Assembly (NCBI RefSeq): GCF_016278365.1
Contig: NZ_JADQBZ010000011.1
Span: forward strand, 78,469-142,468
Direction: 5' to 3'
DNA from: Methanolobus sp.
Lineage (GTDB): Archaea; Halobacteriota; Methanosarcinia; Methanosarcinales; Methanosarcinaceae
Length of the DNA stretch: 64,000 nt
The position numbers and the translations under genes were made by a program. The notes below the pieces were generated by a model that was not told where the DNA came from, searched no databases, and worked only from the letters and a program-made list of their open reading frames with translations. This document shows positions 49,445-59,142 of this stretch, in pieces. Positions within the stretch are counted from its first letter, which is position 1. Each line of letters opens with the position of its first letter.

Positions 49445-51259
49445 TCACCCTGAGAGTTCCATATTCATTTTAAGTATATGGGAAAACATCTCTTGTTTCC
49501 TTGCATCTGACATGGCGTCTTCAAGGGTCCTTTGCATTTCTTTCAGGGAATCCTCAAGGCTTTTAATGTAGACGGACTGTTGCTCAAGTCTTGTGTTCAC
49601 TTTCCGGATGTCCAGATGCTGGCGATGGAGAGTGATATGTGCTCCAATCTCCTTCTCAGTGGTTCCCAAAAGGTCTTCAAGCTCCCTGCGACGGGACTCA
49701 AGTTCATTGAAGCCCGATTCAAGGTCACTTTCCAGCTTAGAGGTGTCTTCACGTTTCAGACGAATATTCTCAAGCTCCGATTCCAGTGAAGCTTTTTCGG
49801 ACTCGATCTCACTCCTCCACGAAACGATTTTAGTCTCCTCTGATTCAAGTTTACTCTTATTGGAATCTATCTCAGATTGCTTTTGCTTGATAACATCTTC
49901 TTCATAGGATATGGAAAGCTTTTGTTCTTCGAGTGCTGCACGTCTCTCCTCAAAGGACCTGAACTCTTCCTCGTACAAAGAAGTTGAAGCTTGCAGTTTA
50001 TTATTGTTCTCTGTATAGATACGGAGGTTTTCCTCATACTCAAGGATGTTCTGCTGGTAAACCTCGATGTCTTTCTCAAAGGCACATACTTTTTCCTGGA
50101 ACTCCACAGACCTTGAATTGATCCTGGCAATCTCAATATCCACGAGTTTGCGGGATTCATATGCTGCAAGCTTCCTTTTGCCAAGTGCATACTCTTTTTT
50201 TGCCTGCTCGGTCAGGAACTCTTCAAGTTCATGTTGTTGCTGCCGGAAAAGAGCGTAATCGGCATCATACTTTTGAGTAAGTTGTGCAAGTGTCCGCTCA
50301 TTCTCCTCATGAACACGGACCATGTTATCGTGGGCCTCCATAGCAGCCTCAAGTTCTGCGGTCTGCGGTATCAGTCTGGAGAATTCGCTCTGGACCTGCT
50401 CTTTTATTTCCATGATACTGGAACTTTTAGCATTGAGCAATGATTCTTCATTCTCCAGTTCCTCCCTGAGTGTACCAAGATCAGCACGCTTGCGGTTAAG
50501 TTCCTTCAATTCTGAGTAATACCGGGATTTGACAAGGTCTATGGCAGTGCCGCAGTTCAATCCTTCAATGTTCATTGAAAGATCATTTCCTGAAGCAAGC
50601 TGCTCCTCGAGAGAATGCGCTTTTTCCTCCAGCTCTTTCTGTTTATCAAGATACTCCTGCATCCCTTCTTCGTAGCTGGACATCAGGCAAGAAAGCTCCG
50701 TATTTTTATTTTCGAGCAAAGCAAAACGCTGTTCATAGTCCTTTTGTGATGTTTCGAACTCTTCCACCTGCCTTTCAAATTCAGCTTTGTCCTTCTCAAA
50801 AACAGAACGTTTCTCTTCGAGCTCTTTAACCTGTGCAGCAGGAATAGACTCTTCAGCTTTCAGCACCACAGATTTAAGTATGGTGCATTTGCGACCGAGC
50901 AACTCTTCCTGTCTGGACATATCCTCTTTTAGTGCTTCAAGATGCTTTTGCTTTTCCTCGTATTCTTTCATCTGGGAATTATATCTTTCCTTCACATCAG
51001 TAAGTACAGCTTCCTTTTCCCTGTACTCCTTTATTTGTGCTTCATATTGTTCCCGCAACTGCTCAAGATCGAACTCAAGAGTTTTAACTATGGTCTTCTG
51101 ATTATAGATACCGGGACTTTCCGGGGTATGAGAATCAGAGTCCTTATCACGGCTTTCCTCGTTAATAACAGGCTTACGATATATATTAGGAGTAAAATCA
51201 GGATTTGGACGGCTTTTCGCACTCGGTTTGGAATTTTTTGACCAGTTTAATGAACTCAT
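49445..51259 (-). CDS. large (~600 aa) coiled-coil protein, partner of the upstream actin-fold ATPase
   Basis: The N-terminal ~60 aa are S/P/K/N-rich. The rest is almost uninterrupted E/K/L/Q-rich sequence with recurring [YF]E[EK] units (KEYREKE, KEYEEKQ, QEYLDKQ, LEYEENL, VEFQEKV). No TM helix or enzymatic motif is present. The ATG at 51259 lies 10 nt after the upstream stop; a GTG at 51268 is the alternative. Confidence 0.7.
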   Translation of the reverse strand: MSSLNWSKNSKPSAKSRPNPDFTPNIYRKPVINEESRDKDSDSHTPESPGIYNQKTIVKTLEFDLEQLREQYEAQIKEYREKEAVLTDVKERYNSQMKEYEEKQKHLEALKEDMSRQEELLGRKCTILKSVVLKAEESIPAAQVKELEEKRSVFEKDKAEFERQVEEFETSQKDYEQRFALLENKNTELSCLMSSYEEGMQEYLDKQKELEEKAHSLEEQLASGNDLSMNIEGLNCGTAIDLVKSRYYSELKELNRKRADLGTLREELENEESLLNAKSSSIMEIKEQVQSEFSRLIPQTAELEAAMEAHDNMVRVHEENERTLAQLTQKYDADYALFRQQQHELEEFLTEQAKKEYALGKRKLAAYESRKLVDIEIARINSRSVEFQEKVCAFEKDIEVYQQNILEYEENLRIYTENNNKLQASTSLYEEEFRSFEERRAALEEQKLSISYEEDVIKQKQSEIDSNKSKLESEETKIVSWRSEIESEKASLESELENIRLKREDTSKLESDLESGFNELESRRRELEDLLGTTEKEIGAHITLHRQHLDIRKVNTRLEQQSVYIKSLEDSLKEMQRTLEDAMSDARKQEMFSHILKMNMELSG

Positions 51260-51269
51260 AAATATCACT

Positions 51270-52364
51270 TCAGATCGTTTTCAGATTATCACAGTTATTC
51301 AGCCTCTCCCAGAATTCCCCGGGCATTTTTTCTGCAAGCCTGCACGCCCCGTAAGCTCCGGCAAACTCGGGATCATCTATGAGGAAAACCCTGCCGCCAC
51401 CAAATCCTTTTAACTCGTTTTCGATAAAGCTGCGCACGTTCCTTATCTTGCTGCCACCTCCACATAGACAGATATTGTTCCTTAAAGCCTCACGGAAGTG
51501 TGGTTCTGCACCGGAAACCATCTTTATGATCCCTGAAACTATATCCGGAATTATAGACTCACAAGCAAGCCTTAATTCTTCAGTAATGATCATTTCTTGG
51601 GATGAATCACTCAGGGGCAGTGCTACTTTGTACTCCTCATCCACATCTCCTACAAAACCATAGGATTCTTTCCACCCATTTGCAAGTTCCGGTGTTGCTT
51701 TTAAGCCGTCGTATTTTTCTGCCAGCAGATCAACAAGTTCCTTGTCAACATCTTCACCGGCAACAGAGATACTGAGATAATCCTCTTCTTCTGGAATGTT
51801 GCTTTTTATGCGACATATATCCGTTTTACTTGTGCCCATATCGATGATCAGAGAGCCTTCAAACTTCTGACTTCCGTATGCAACGCAGAAGAGCCCGTTT
51901 GCTATCATCACACCTCTGAAGAGATGCCGCGCCGCTTCCAGCACCGTTCGTTTATAGGATGCGCTGGCAACTGAAGGTACACTTATCATAGCATACATCT
52001 GCCCTGGATCGGCAGAAACACCAGCAGCCTGGATACAATGCTCCAGCAATATTTTCAGGCAACCCGGCCCTACTGCATCCTCATCTTTGATCAAGTCCCT
52101 TACAGGCCACTTTCTTTCGAGGTCCGTTCTCTCAAAGATTGACTTTCCGAAAAATATCTCATCTCCGTCACCGATTTGAGAGAAATCTCCATCACTGTGG
52201 GCAATGAGACTATGTTCTGAGAACATGATCCCATCATTAGTACATATCTTTATCTTCGAAGTGCCCAGGTCAATCCCCAGATAAATAATATTCTCATTAT
52301 CTTCAGGCACAACGGAGTCGTCAACAATATCAATTCCGTCTTGGAAATTTTCAGGGGTAACCAC
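51270..52364 (-). CDS. actin-fold (ASKHA superfamily) ATPase, MreB/FtsA/ParM/Hsp70-NBD-like, subfamily unassigned
   Basis: It carries GIDLGTSKIKI (phosphate-1), IIDMGTSKTDI (phosphate-2) and LCGGGSKIRNV (adenosine motif). The ORF is 364 aa. It appears to start at a GTG at 52364, 7 nt after GAGG; no ATG lies upstream of the first motif. Confidence 0.75.
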   Translation of the reverse strand: MVTPENFQDGIDIVDDSVVPEDNENIIYLGIDLGTSKIKICTNDGIMFSEHSLIAHSDGDFSQIGDGDEIFFGKSIFERTDLERKWPVRDLIKDEDAVGPGCLKILLEHCIQAAGVSADPGQMYAMISVPSVASASYKRTVLEAARHLFRGVMIANGLFCVAYGSQKFEGSLIIDMGTSKTDICRIKSNIPEEEDYLSISVAGEDVDKELVDLLAEKYDGLKATPELANGWKESYGFVGDVDEEYKVALPLSDSSQEMIITEELRLACESIIPDIVSGIIKMVSGAEPHFREALRNNICLCGGGSKIRNVRSFIENELKGFGGGRVFLIDDPEFAGAYGACRLAEKMPGEFWERLNNCDNLKTI

Positions 52365-52433
52365 AGTAATGCCTCATAACTTTACATATTGATAATAAAA
52401 AGGCTATACAAATCAGTATATATATATTATGGA

Positions 52434-52452
52434 CATAGAATCGAATTCTATG
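52434..52452. promoter_or_regulatory. perfect 8-bp-stem palindrome CATAGAAT-CGA-ATTCTATG next to a TATA-like (TA)n tract upstream of the actin-like gene
   Basis: I read it directly from the sequence. It lies 70-88 nt upstream of the GTG at 52364, and the TATATATATA tract spans about 52419-52430. Confidence 0.3.
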
Positions 52453-52627
52453 GCGATAGCGCTGACCTTCAAATAAAAAAAAGCATGAGTCATTCATAGT
52501 ATTATTATTCTACTAACATAGATATATTACAAACCAGCACTAGACGTCAGCCCTGTTGTGCTTGAATCCCGGTCCATTACTTGTTCTCGAATGAATAAAG
52601 TTGTGTAAGGTGATTATTTCTGAGAAT

Positions 52628-53230
52628 TCAAACGCACAACTTGCGGTACAACTGTGCGTTTGCAACAACCGGTTCAAAATGGCTCTCAAGAACTTCAGGC
52701 ATCTTCTGGGTCTGCTCCGTTGCAAAATATCCTTCGTCCAGAGAATCATGGAACATCCTTATAACATCGACACGTTCCTGCTCATTGAAATGCAGGAGCA
52801 CATTCTTGCACATGATCAGATTCAAGCCTGACCTTATGGGTTTCATGCTCAGGAGATCATGCTTTGTAAATGAGACACTTTTCCGGATTTCCTCTGAAAT
52901 TGTATAATGGCCAGGCTCTTCTGCAGGAGAAAAGTATTTTTCAAATATCGGCCCGGGTATCCTCTGCACCTGTTCTAATGGGTATGTACCTTTTTTGATG
53001 ATATCTCCGAATAGATTGCTGCCATCGATATCTGTTGCGTGGATCTTCACGTTCCTGAATATCATGCCCATATTCTCCCGCAGCACTATAGCCAGCGAAT
53101 ATGGCTCGGGTCCCATTGCACAGCCTGCATCCCATATGTGGATGTACCTGCGCGTTCTCAGACCCGGGATAACATAGTCGCGAATCATCTCAAGGGTCTG
53201 CATATCTCTGAAAAAATAAGTGAAAGCCAT
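52628..53230 (-). CDS. cheR: CheR-type SAM-dependent protein-glutamate methyltransferase, short form lacking the N-terminal helical domain
   Basis: It starts at the TYFFRD motif that opens the CheR catalytic domain. The SAM motif IWDAGCAMGPEPYS is present. It is 200 aa, whereas canonical CheR is larger. Confidence 0.75.
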   Translation of the reverse strand: MAFTYFFRDMQTLEMIRDYVIPGLRTRRYIHIWDAGCAMGPEPYSLAIVLRENMGMIFRNVKIHATDIDGSNLFGDIIKKGTYPLEQVQRIPGPIFEKYFSPAEEPGHYTISEEIRKSVSFTKHDLLSMKPIRSGLNLIMCKNVLLHFNEQERVDVIRMFHDSLDEGYFATEQTQKMPEVLESHFEPVVANAQLYRKLCV

Positions 53231-53256
53231 GATAATGGGAAAAGAGATCTTGCCGT

Positions 53257-53748
53257 TCAGGCAAGATTTGTTATCTCAGTTATCTCTTCAACTGTCAGGA
53301 CCCTGCCAAGATCAAGAAGTATGAGCAACCGTTTATCGATCTTTCCGACACCTTTCAGGTAGTTCCTGCTGACTTTGGACATAACAAGTTCGGGAGCAGG
53401 TTCGACACTGGATACAGGTATCCGCAGCACCTCATTCACCGAGTCCACGATCATGCCGACAACAGTGGTTCCGATTTCCACTACTATTATCCTTGAATTT
53501 TCATCGGCTACCCTGGAATGCAGATTAAAACGTTTGCTGAGGTTCACAACCACAATTATCCTGCCTCTGAGGTTTATCACACCCTCTACAAAATCAGGAG
53601 ACTGAGGAATCTGAGTCAGCTCAGGCATCCTTATTATCTCCTGTACGTTCATGATCTCCACACCGAACTCTTCGCCGCCCAGCTCAAAAACAACTAATTG
53701 CAGCAGATCTGCTGCATTACTTTTTCCTTCGAATGAATTGTCAACCAT
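53257..53748 (-). CDS. cheW: chemotaxis coupling protein CheW
   Basis: A 163-aa ORF containing LVVFELGGEEFGVEI...VINLRGRIIVVVNL...RIIVVEIG...GVGKIDKRLLILLDL. Confidence 0.9.
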   Translation of the reverse strand: MVDNSFEGKSNAADLLQLVVFELGGEEFGVEIMNVQEIIRMPELTQIPQSPDFVEGVINLRGRIIVVVNLSKRFNLHSRVADENSRIIVVEIGTTVVGMIVDSVNEVLRIPVSSVEPAPELVMSKVSRNYLKGVGKIDKRLLILLDLGRVLTVEEITEITNLA

Positions 53749-53767
53749 GTTATAGGTCCCCTAAATA

Positions 53768-56605
53768 TTATAGAAGGGCATGTCCCTTGCGTTTACTACC
53801 TGTGGATATGGAGCCTTGTTTGTTCTTTGGGGAATCTATTTGCTGCGCCGGAGCAATGCCTGTTGTTTCATCAAGGAGGAATTTATCAACTACACTCTGC
53901 ATTTCTCCGGCAACATGTGCCAGATCCTCTGCTGACTTTGAGAGTTCCTGCATAGTAGCTGTCTGCTCCTGGACAGCAGCTGAAGCTTCTTCAGTACCGG
54001 CTGCAGACTCCTCTGAAACTGCTGATACTTCTTCAACAGAAGATGTAACCTCTTCAATAGATGCTGACTGCTCCTGGGCTGCCGCTGCGATATCCTGAAC
54101 CATGTGAGCTATTGTGTCCCCGGCCTTTACGACTTTTTCTATTACAGCTGCAGCTTCATTGAGAGCTGCGGCACCTGTGGAAACCTCTACAGCACCCTGC
54201 TGCATAGTTGTCACGGCATTGGATGTACCTGCCTGTATCTGGTGTATAAGACCAGCTATCTGCTTGGCTGCATTACCGGAATCCTCGGCCAGTTTCCTTA
54301 CCTCATCTGCAACTACAGCGAACCCACGACCATGCTCTCCTGCCCTTGCAGCTTCTATTGCTGCATTGAGAGCAAGCAAGTTGGTCTGGTCAGCGATGCT
54401 TGTTATAAGACTCACTATCTCACCGATCTGTTTGGATTTACCGTCAAGTTCCATTATAGCTGAAGAGGAATCTGAAGATGCATCTTTGATGCCTTCCATC
54501 TTTTTAAGCAGGTCCTTTGTGATAACACCCAGATCATGAAGAAGTTCATTGGACTCCTTGGCAGTTTCTGCGGCCTTCTGGGAGTTTGTCGCGACTTCCT
54601 GGACAGTCATGGTCATATCAACCATCGCGCGGGAAACTTCCTCGGTCTTAGACGCCTGATTCTGCGCTCCTTTGGATATCTCTGAGACCGTATCTGCTAT
54701 CTGGTAGGATGAAGAGGTCAGCTCTTCCACAGATGCAGACATCTCTTCTGCGGTTGCAGCTACATTCTTGGAGGTGCCCTGCACCATGGAAACGACATCA
54801 TTCAGGGATTTTCGGGTGTTCTCGATACCGTCTGTGAGCAACTTGAACTCACCAACACCTTCCACCTGCACTGCACGTGTCAGGTTGTTGTCTGACATGG
54901 CACTGAGCACCTCGCTGGAATCATCAATGATTGCCTGAAGACTCTCTCCAAAGTTGTCAAGAGCACTGGCAAATATCTTGAAATCTCCCTGTGTTTCAAA
55001 GCTTACCCTGACACCCAAGTTACCTTCCGAGTATTCATTGACTATTCTGATAGCTTCATTCAGGGGTGTCACAAGCGCATCAATGGCACTATTGACGGTA
55101 TTGATGGCTTCCTGGAAAGCACCTTCATAAGCAGACCCGTCAGCCCTGTAATCAAGATTTCCGGCCTCGCTGGCATGACCCAGTTTTATGAACTCATCAA
55201 CAATGCCCTCGATGTTGCTCATCATTGCAATGTAGCAGGGTATCAGTTCGTCGTTCTCAGAACGCTTGCCCACTTTTTTAAGGTTCTGGAGGTCACTGAG
55301 GTCACCTACAGCGATCTTCTTGTTGACTGACATAACTGTGCGTATTCTGTCACGGACAGAGTTTGTAGCAGTACCCATATCTGCAAAGATACCCTGATAG
55401 TGCCCCTCTACCCTGCGAGTGTGGTCGTTCTCTGCCATAAGCTGCAATACTTCGTTGCTCTCCTGAAGTCCTGCGAGACCATCGATACAGGCATTGATGT
55501 TATTTTTGATAACATTGAAATCACCTTTATAGTCGTCAGTGATCTTTTCCGGAACCTCTCCCCGGGATATGCTCTCGACATACTCTGCTGTCAGGTTCAG
55601 AGGATTAATAACTGCATCAAATGCCTTGTTTACGGTCACAATAGCTTCATTGAACAGGCCATCAAACCCGGAAGCATCTGTCCTGTGTGCCAGATTGCCC
55701 TCTTCGGCAGCTTTGCCCAGCACAATGAACTCATCTGCCATGCCTTTGACTTTTTCCATCACTGCTATTGTGTTTGGAAGGAGCTTGTCGTTCTCAGAAC
55801 GTTTGCCTACTTTCCTGTACTTCTCAAGATCATCGAAGTTCCCTACAGCCATATACTCGAATGTGCGCTCGATGTTGAGCAACCTGTTACGAACCTCATT
55901 CACAGCGTATGCATTATCCTTGAAGATGCCTGGATATTCGCCGGTCACACCATCTTCAAAGTCATTTACCGCCAGCTTTAGGAGAATGGATGTACTCTCA
56001 TTGAGAGGCTTTGATATCGCATCGAGATTGCTGTTCATGCTCTCAATTATCGTTCTGAAATCACCGCCATGTTGAGAAGCATCCACACGCACATCAACCT
56101 TACCTGCGGCAGTTGCTTCTGCAAGCTTTGCGGAATCTACCATGAGGGCATTTATCGCATCCACACATGTATTGAGATTGTTCCTCAGGTCATTGAAAGA
56201 GCCCTTGAATTCCTTTGTACTCTTTGGAGGAATGTCACCCTTGGAAAGCCTTTCTACAAACTTTGATGCAGCCATGAAAGGTTTTACCATCGAGTCCATC
56301 AGGCTGTTCACATCATCTGCAAGTCCTTTTGCATCAGCATCAAATTTATCTGCATTTACGCGGGCATCAAGTTGTCCTTCCTGTACACACTTTTTCAATT
56401 TATCAACTTCAACTGTGACAGCTACCTGAGAGTCTGCAGTTTTTTTCCATTGCATGGCATTGTCAAGGAAAACATTGAATGCTTCAGCAGTTTCTTTGTC
56501 CTTGCCGGTCAGTTCTGCGTTTATACGTGTGTTAAGATTGCCATTACTAACGCTTTCAAGCACACGATCGATCTCTTTATTCAGTTTGTTGTTAATTCCA
56601 AGCAT
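53768..56605 (-). CDS. soluble methyl-accepting chemotaxis protein with multiple HAMP-like modules (no TM helix seen)
   Basis: The C-terminal signalling domain has the conserved hairpin ([38 protein letters not shown]). The N-terminal ~600 aa are helical repeats without hydrophobic segments. Confidence 0.9.
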   Translation of the reverse strand: MLGINNKLNKEIDRVLESVSNGNLNTRINAELTGKDKETAEAFNVFLDNAMQWKKTADSQVAVTVEVDKLKKCVQEGQLDARVNADKFDADAKGLADDVNSLMDSMVKPFMAASKFVERLSKGDIPPKSTKEFKGSFNDLRNNLNTCVDAINALMVDSAKLAEATAAGKVDVRVDASQHGGDFRTIIESMNSNLDAISKPLNESTSILLKLAVNDFEDGVTGEYPGIFKDNAYAVNEVRNRLLNIERTFEYMAVGNFDDLEKYRKVGKRSENDKLLPNTIAVMEKVKGMADEFIVLGKAAEEGNLAHRTDASGFDGLFNEAIVTVNKAFDAVINPLNLTAEYVESISRGEVPEKITDDYKGDFNVIKNNINACIDGLAGLQESNEVLQLMAENDHTRRVEGHYQGIFADMGTATNSVRDRIRTVMSVNKKIAVGDLSDLQNLKKVGKRSENDELIPCYIAMMSNIEGIVDEFIKLGHASEAGNLDYRADGSAYEGAFQEAINTVNSAIDALVTPLNEAIRIVNEYSEGNLGVRVSFETQGDFKIFASALDNFGESLQAIIDDSSEVLSAMSDNNLTRAVQVEGVGEFKLLTDGIENTRKSLNDVVSMVQGTSKNVAATAEEMSASVEELTSSSYQIADTVSEISKGAQNQASKTEEVSRAMVDMTMTVQEVATNSQKAAETAKESNELLHDLGVITKDLLKKMEGIKDASSDSSSAIMELDGKSKQIGEIVSLITSIADQTNLLALNAAIEAARAGEHGRGFAVVADEVRKLAEDSGNAAKQIAGLIHQIQAGTSNAVTTMQQGAVEVSTGAAALNEAAAVIEKVVKAGDTIAHMVQDIAAAAQEQSASIEEVTSSVEEVSAVSEESAAGTEEASAAVQEQTATMQELSKSAEDLAHVAGEMQSVVDKFLLDETTGIAPAQQIDSPKNKQGSISTGSKRKGHALL
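55251..55810 (-). repeat. internal tandem duplication within the MCP gene (period 537 nt = 179 codons)
   Basis: A 23-nt segment, TCGTTCTCAGAACG(C/T)TTGCC(C/T)AC, occurs at 55251 and 55788 with 21/23 identical. It encodes the two KVGKRSEND(K/E)L(L/I)P copies. The flanking protein sequence also aligns ([32 protein letters not shown] vs [32 protein letters not shown]). Confidence 0.7.
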
Positions 56606-56886
56606 TTTAAACCCTCATCAATTGCATATATTAGAAAGTTCAATCGAGGTTAGGCAAATAGCAAAGTACCTTCATAAATATAATATTAATATTATAGATT
56701 AAAGTACTAATATAAAAATATATGACATTATATATTTTGTAATACTATATTTAAGAGTATTCTAGAGATTAGATCTTGTCTAGAACTGTAACGCATAAAA
56801 TAGCAGCTGAATTATCCTTGTACTACATCGGTAACAATCTGAATGTATAATAAAAAATAGAAAAAGATAAGACGTATGCTGTAAAG

Positions 56887-57237
56887 TTATGCGGGAATAG
56901 CACCCGTGTTTTCCAACTGACCTATTTGCTTTTTTTGTTCCTGAGTGAATATCTTATCGATATCTAACAAGATGAGCAGCCTTTCATCGATCTTACCTAC
57001 ACCCTGGATGTACCTCTCAGTGATCTTTGAGGTTATGATCTCAGGTGCAGACTCAATATTCTCACTCGATATTCTTAGTACTTCAGTAACTGCGTCAACG
57101 ACCATTCCTGCGACCATATTTCCAATCTCCACAACTATTATACGGGAATCATCACTTATTTCTTCATGGGCAAGATTGATAAGTGGAGTTACACTGCAAC
57201 AGAAGTTGATGATGACTGTGACGTGATTTCTGTAAAG
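56887..57237 (-). pseudogene. 5'-truncated cheW paralogue (relic or N-terminally shortened CheW-like ORF)
   Basis: The open frame after the stop at 57238-57240 reads ...NHVTVIINF...SDDSRIIVVEIGNMVAGMVVDAVTEVLRI...GVGKIDERLLILLDI. This aligns with residues ~60-163 of the intact CheW. The N-terminal ~55 residues and any ATG before that point are missing. Confidence 0.5.
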
Positions 57238-57392
57238 CTAACGTATTATACATTATATAAGCACTCACCAGAAACTACATAAAAGAACGTGATATATAAG
57301 ATAAGAATTCACCTGAGACCAGGTACCAGATGACTCCATAGATCGTAGTATTCGCACTGATACTATAATATAGGAGTTCCCGGAGGATTTCC

Positions 57393-59129
57393 ATGAAAGT
57401 CAAAATCACAGAAACCATTCTTCGAGATGCGCATCAGTCTCTCATAGCCACTCGCATGCGCACCCGCAGCATGCTGCCAATCGTTGACAAGCTGGACGAA
57501 GTTGGATACTTTTCACTTGAGATGTGGGGCGGTGCGACATTTGACAGTTCCATCAGATATCTTAATGAAGATCCCTGGGAGCGGCTAAAAGAACTTAAAA
57601 AGCATATGAAGAACACGCCTGCACAGATGCTTCTGCGCGGGCAGAACCTTGTAGGCTACAGGCATTATTCGGATGATGTTGTAGAGAAGTTTGTGAAGAA
57701 AGCCCATGAGAACGGCATAGATATCTTCAGGGTATTTGATGCTGTTAACGACATCCGCAACATGGAGAAGGCTATCACTGTTGCCAAAAAGGAAGGAGCA
57801 CACGTTCAGGGTACTATCTGCTATACCATTAGCCCGGTGCACACTATTGATAAATATGTTGAGCTTGCAACAGGACTTGCAGAACTAGAATGTGATTCTA
57901 TCTGCATAAAGGATATGGCTGGTCTCATATCCCCGCAACAGGCATATGACCTTGTGAAAGCACTCAAGTCTGCAGTCAACCTTCCCATAGACCTGCACAG
58001 CCATTGTACTTCAGGCATGGCCCCGATGAGTTATATGGCAGCCTGCAGGGCCGGTGTCGACATACTTGACACGGCACTGTCCCCATTCGCATGGGGAACC
58101 TCACAGCCTCCAACCGAATCTATCATTGCTGCACTTGCCGAAAGCAGGCGTGCAACAGGTCTGGACCTGGAGCTTATCTCAGAGATCTCTACTTACTTCA
58201 AGGAGATGAAAGAGGAATACAGGTGCATCCTTAACCCTATATCTGAACAGATAGACACTAATGTCCTACTCTACCAGATTCCGGGTGGCATGCTCTCAAA
58301 CCTTGTATCCCAGCTCCAGGAGCAGAATGCACTGGACAAGTACAAAGATGTGCTTGCAGAGATGCCAAGAGTGAGAGCGGATCTGGGATACCCGCCTCTT
58401 GTGACACCTACCAGCCAGATAGTGGGCACCCAGGCAGTGCTTAATGTCCTGATGGGAGAAAGATACAAAGTAATTCCCAAAGAAGTAAAGGATTATGTAC
58501 GCGGACTCTACGGAAGGCCGCCACAGAAGATAGACGCTGCAATTGTCGGAAAGATAATCGGTAATGAAGAACCCATATCATGCAGACCTGCAGATCTCCT
58601 CGAGCCTGAATACGAGAAGATGAAGGCAGAAGCTGAGAAAATGGGCCTTGTAAAGAAAGAAGAAGATATATTGACCTACATCCTTTATCCTGCAATAGCT
58701 CCTGCGTTCCTCAAGGGAGAAGCAAAGGAAGAGGAACTTGTGCCCATTAAAACCCAGCAGCAACAATCTGCTTCCGCTGCCAACATGACCTCTATTCCAA
58801 CCGAGTTCAAGGTAGAGGTGGACGGGGAAATGTTCAACGTCAAGGTTAATCCGGTAGGAGGATCGGTCACTGTTTCAGAAGCTAAGGGCGCATCCAAACC
58901 TGATGCTGCCTCACTGACCGGAGCGGTCACCAGCCATATGCAGGGTATGGTGCTGTCTGTAAAGGTTGATGTAGGAGATAGCATCTGTGAAGGAGACATT
59001 GTATGTGTTATTGAAGCCATGAAAATGGAAAATGCCATACATGCACCTCATGATGGTGTTGTCAAGGAGATCTTCATCGCTGAGGGTGATGCTGTAAGTT
59101 CCGGCCACGTTCTTTTGTGCATAGACTAA
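57393..59129 (+). CDS. pycB: pyruvate carboxylase subunit B (carboxyltransferase + biotinyl carrier domain)
   Basis: It has an HMGL-like/oxaloacetate-decarboxylase-alpha-like TIM domain ([13 protein letters not shown]). The C-terminal biotin attachment motif is EAMKMEN. Confidence 0.9.
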   Translation: MKVKITETILRDAHQSLIATRMRTRSMLPIVDKLDEVGYFSLEMWGGATFDSSIRYLNEDPWERLKELKKHMKNTPAQMLLRGQNLVGYRHYSDDVVEKFVKKAHENGIDIFRVFDAVNDIRNMEKAITVAKKEGAHVQGTICYTISPVHTIDKYVELATGLAELECDSICIKDMAGLISPQQAYDLVKALKSAVNLPIDLHSHCTSGMAPMSYMAACRAGVDILDTALSPFAWGTSQPPTESIIAALAESRRATGLDLELISEISTYFKEMKEEYRCILNPISEQIDTNVLLYQIPGGMLSNLVSQLQEQNALDKYKDVLAEMPRVRADLGYPPLVTPTSQIVGTQAVLNVLMGERYKVIPKEVKDYVRGLYGRPPQKIDAAIVGKIIGNEEPISCRPADLLEPEYEKMKAEAEKMGLVKKEEDILTYILYPAIAPAFLKGEAKEEELVPIKTQQQQSASAANMTSIPTEFKVEVDGEMFNVKVNPVGGSVTVSEAKGASKPDAASLTGAVTSHMQGMVLSVKVDVGDSICEGDIVCVIEAMKMENAIHAPHDGVVKEIFIAEGDAVSSGHVLLCID

Positions 59130-59142
59130 TGGAGATCTGCAA

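Noticed and set aside
56606-56886. An inverted repeat TTCTAGA...TCTAGAA with an internal AGATCT, in the very AT-rich spacer upstream of the MCP gene
   Set aside because: The arms are short (7 bp) and sit in AT-rich promoter DNA. This is plausibly chance, so I did not report it as a feature.
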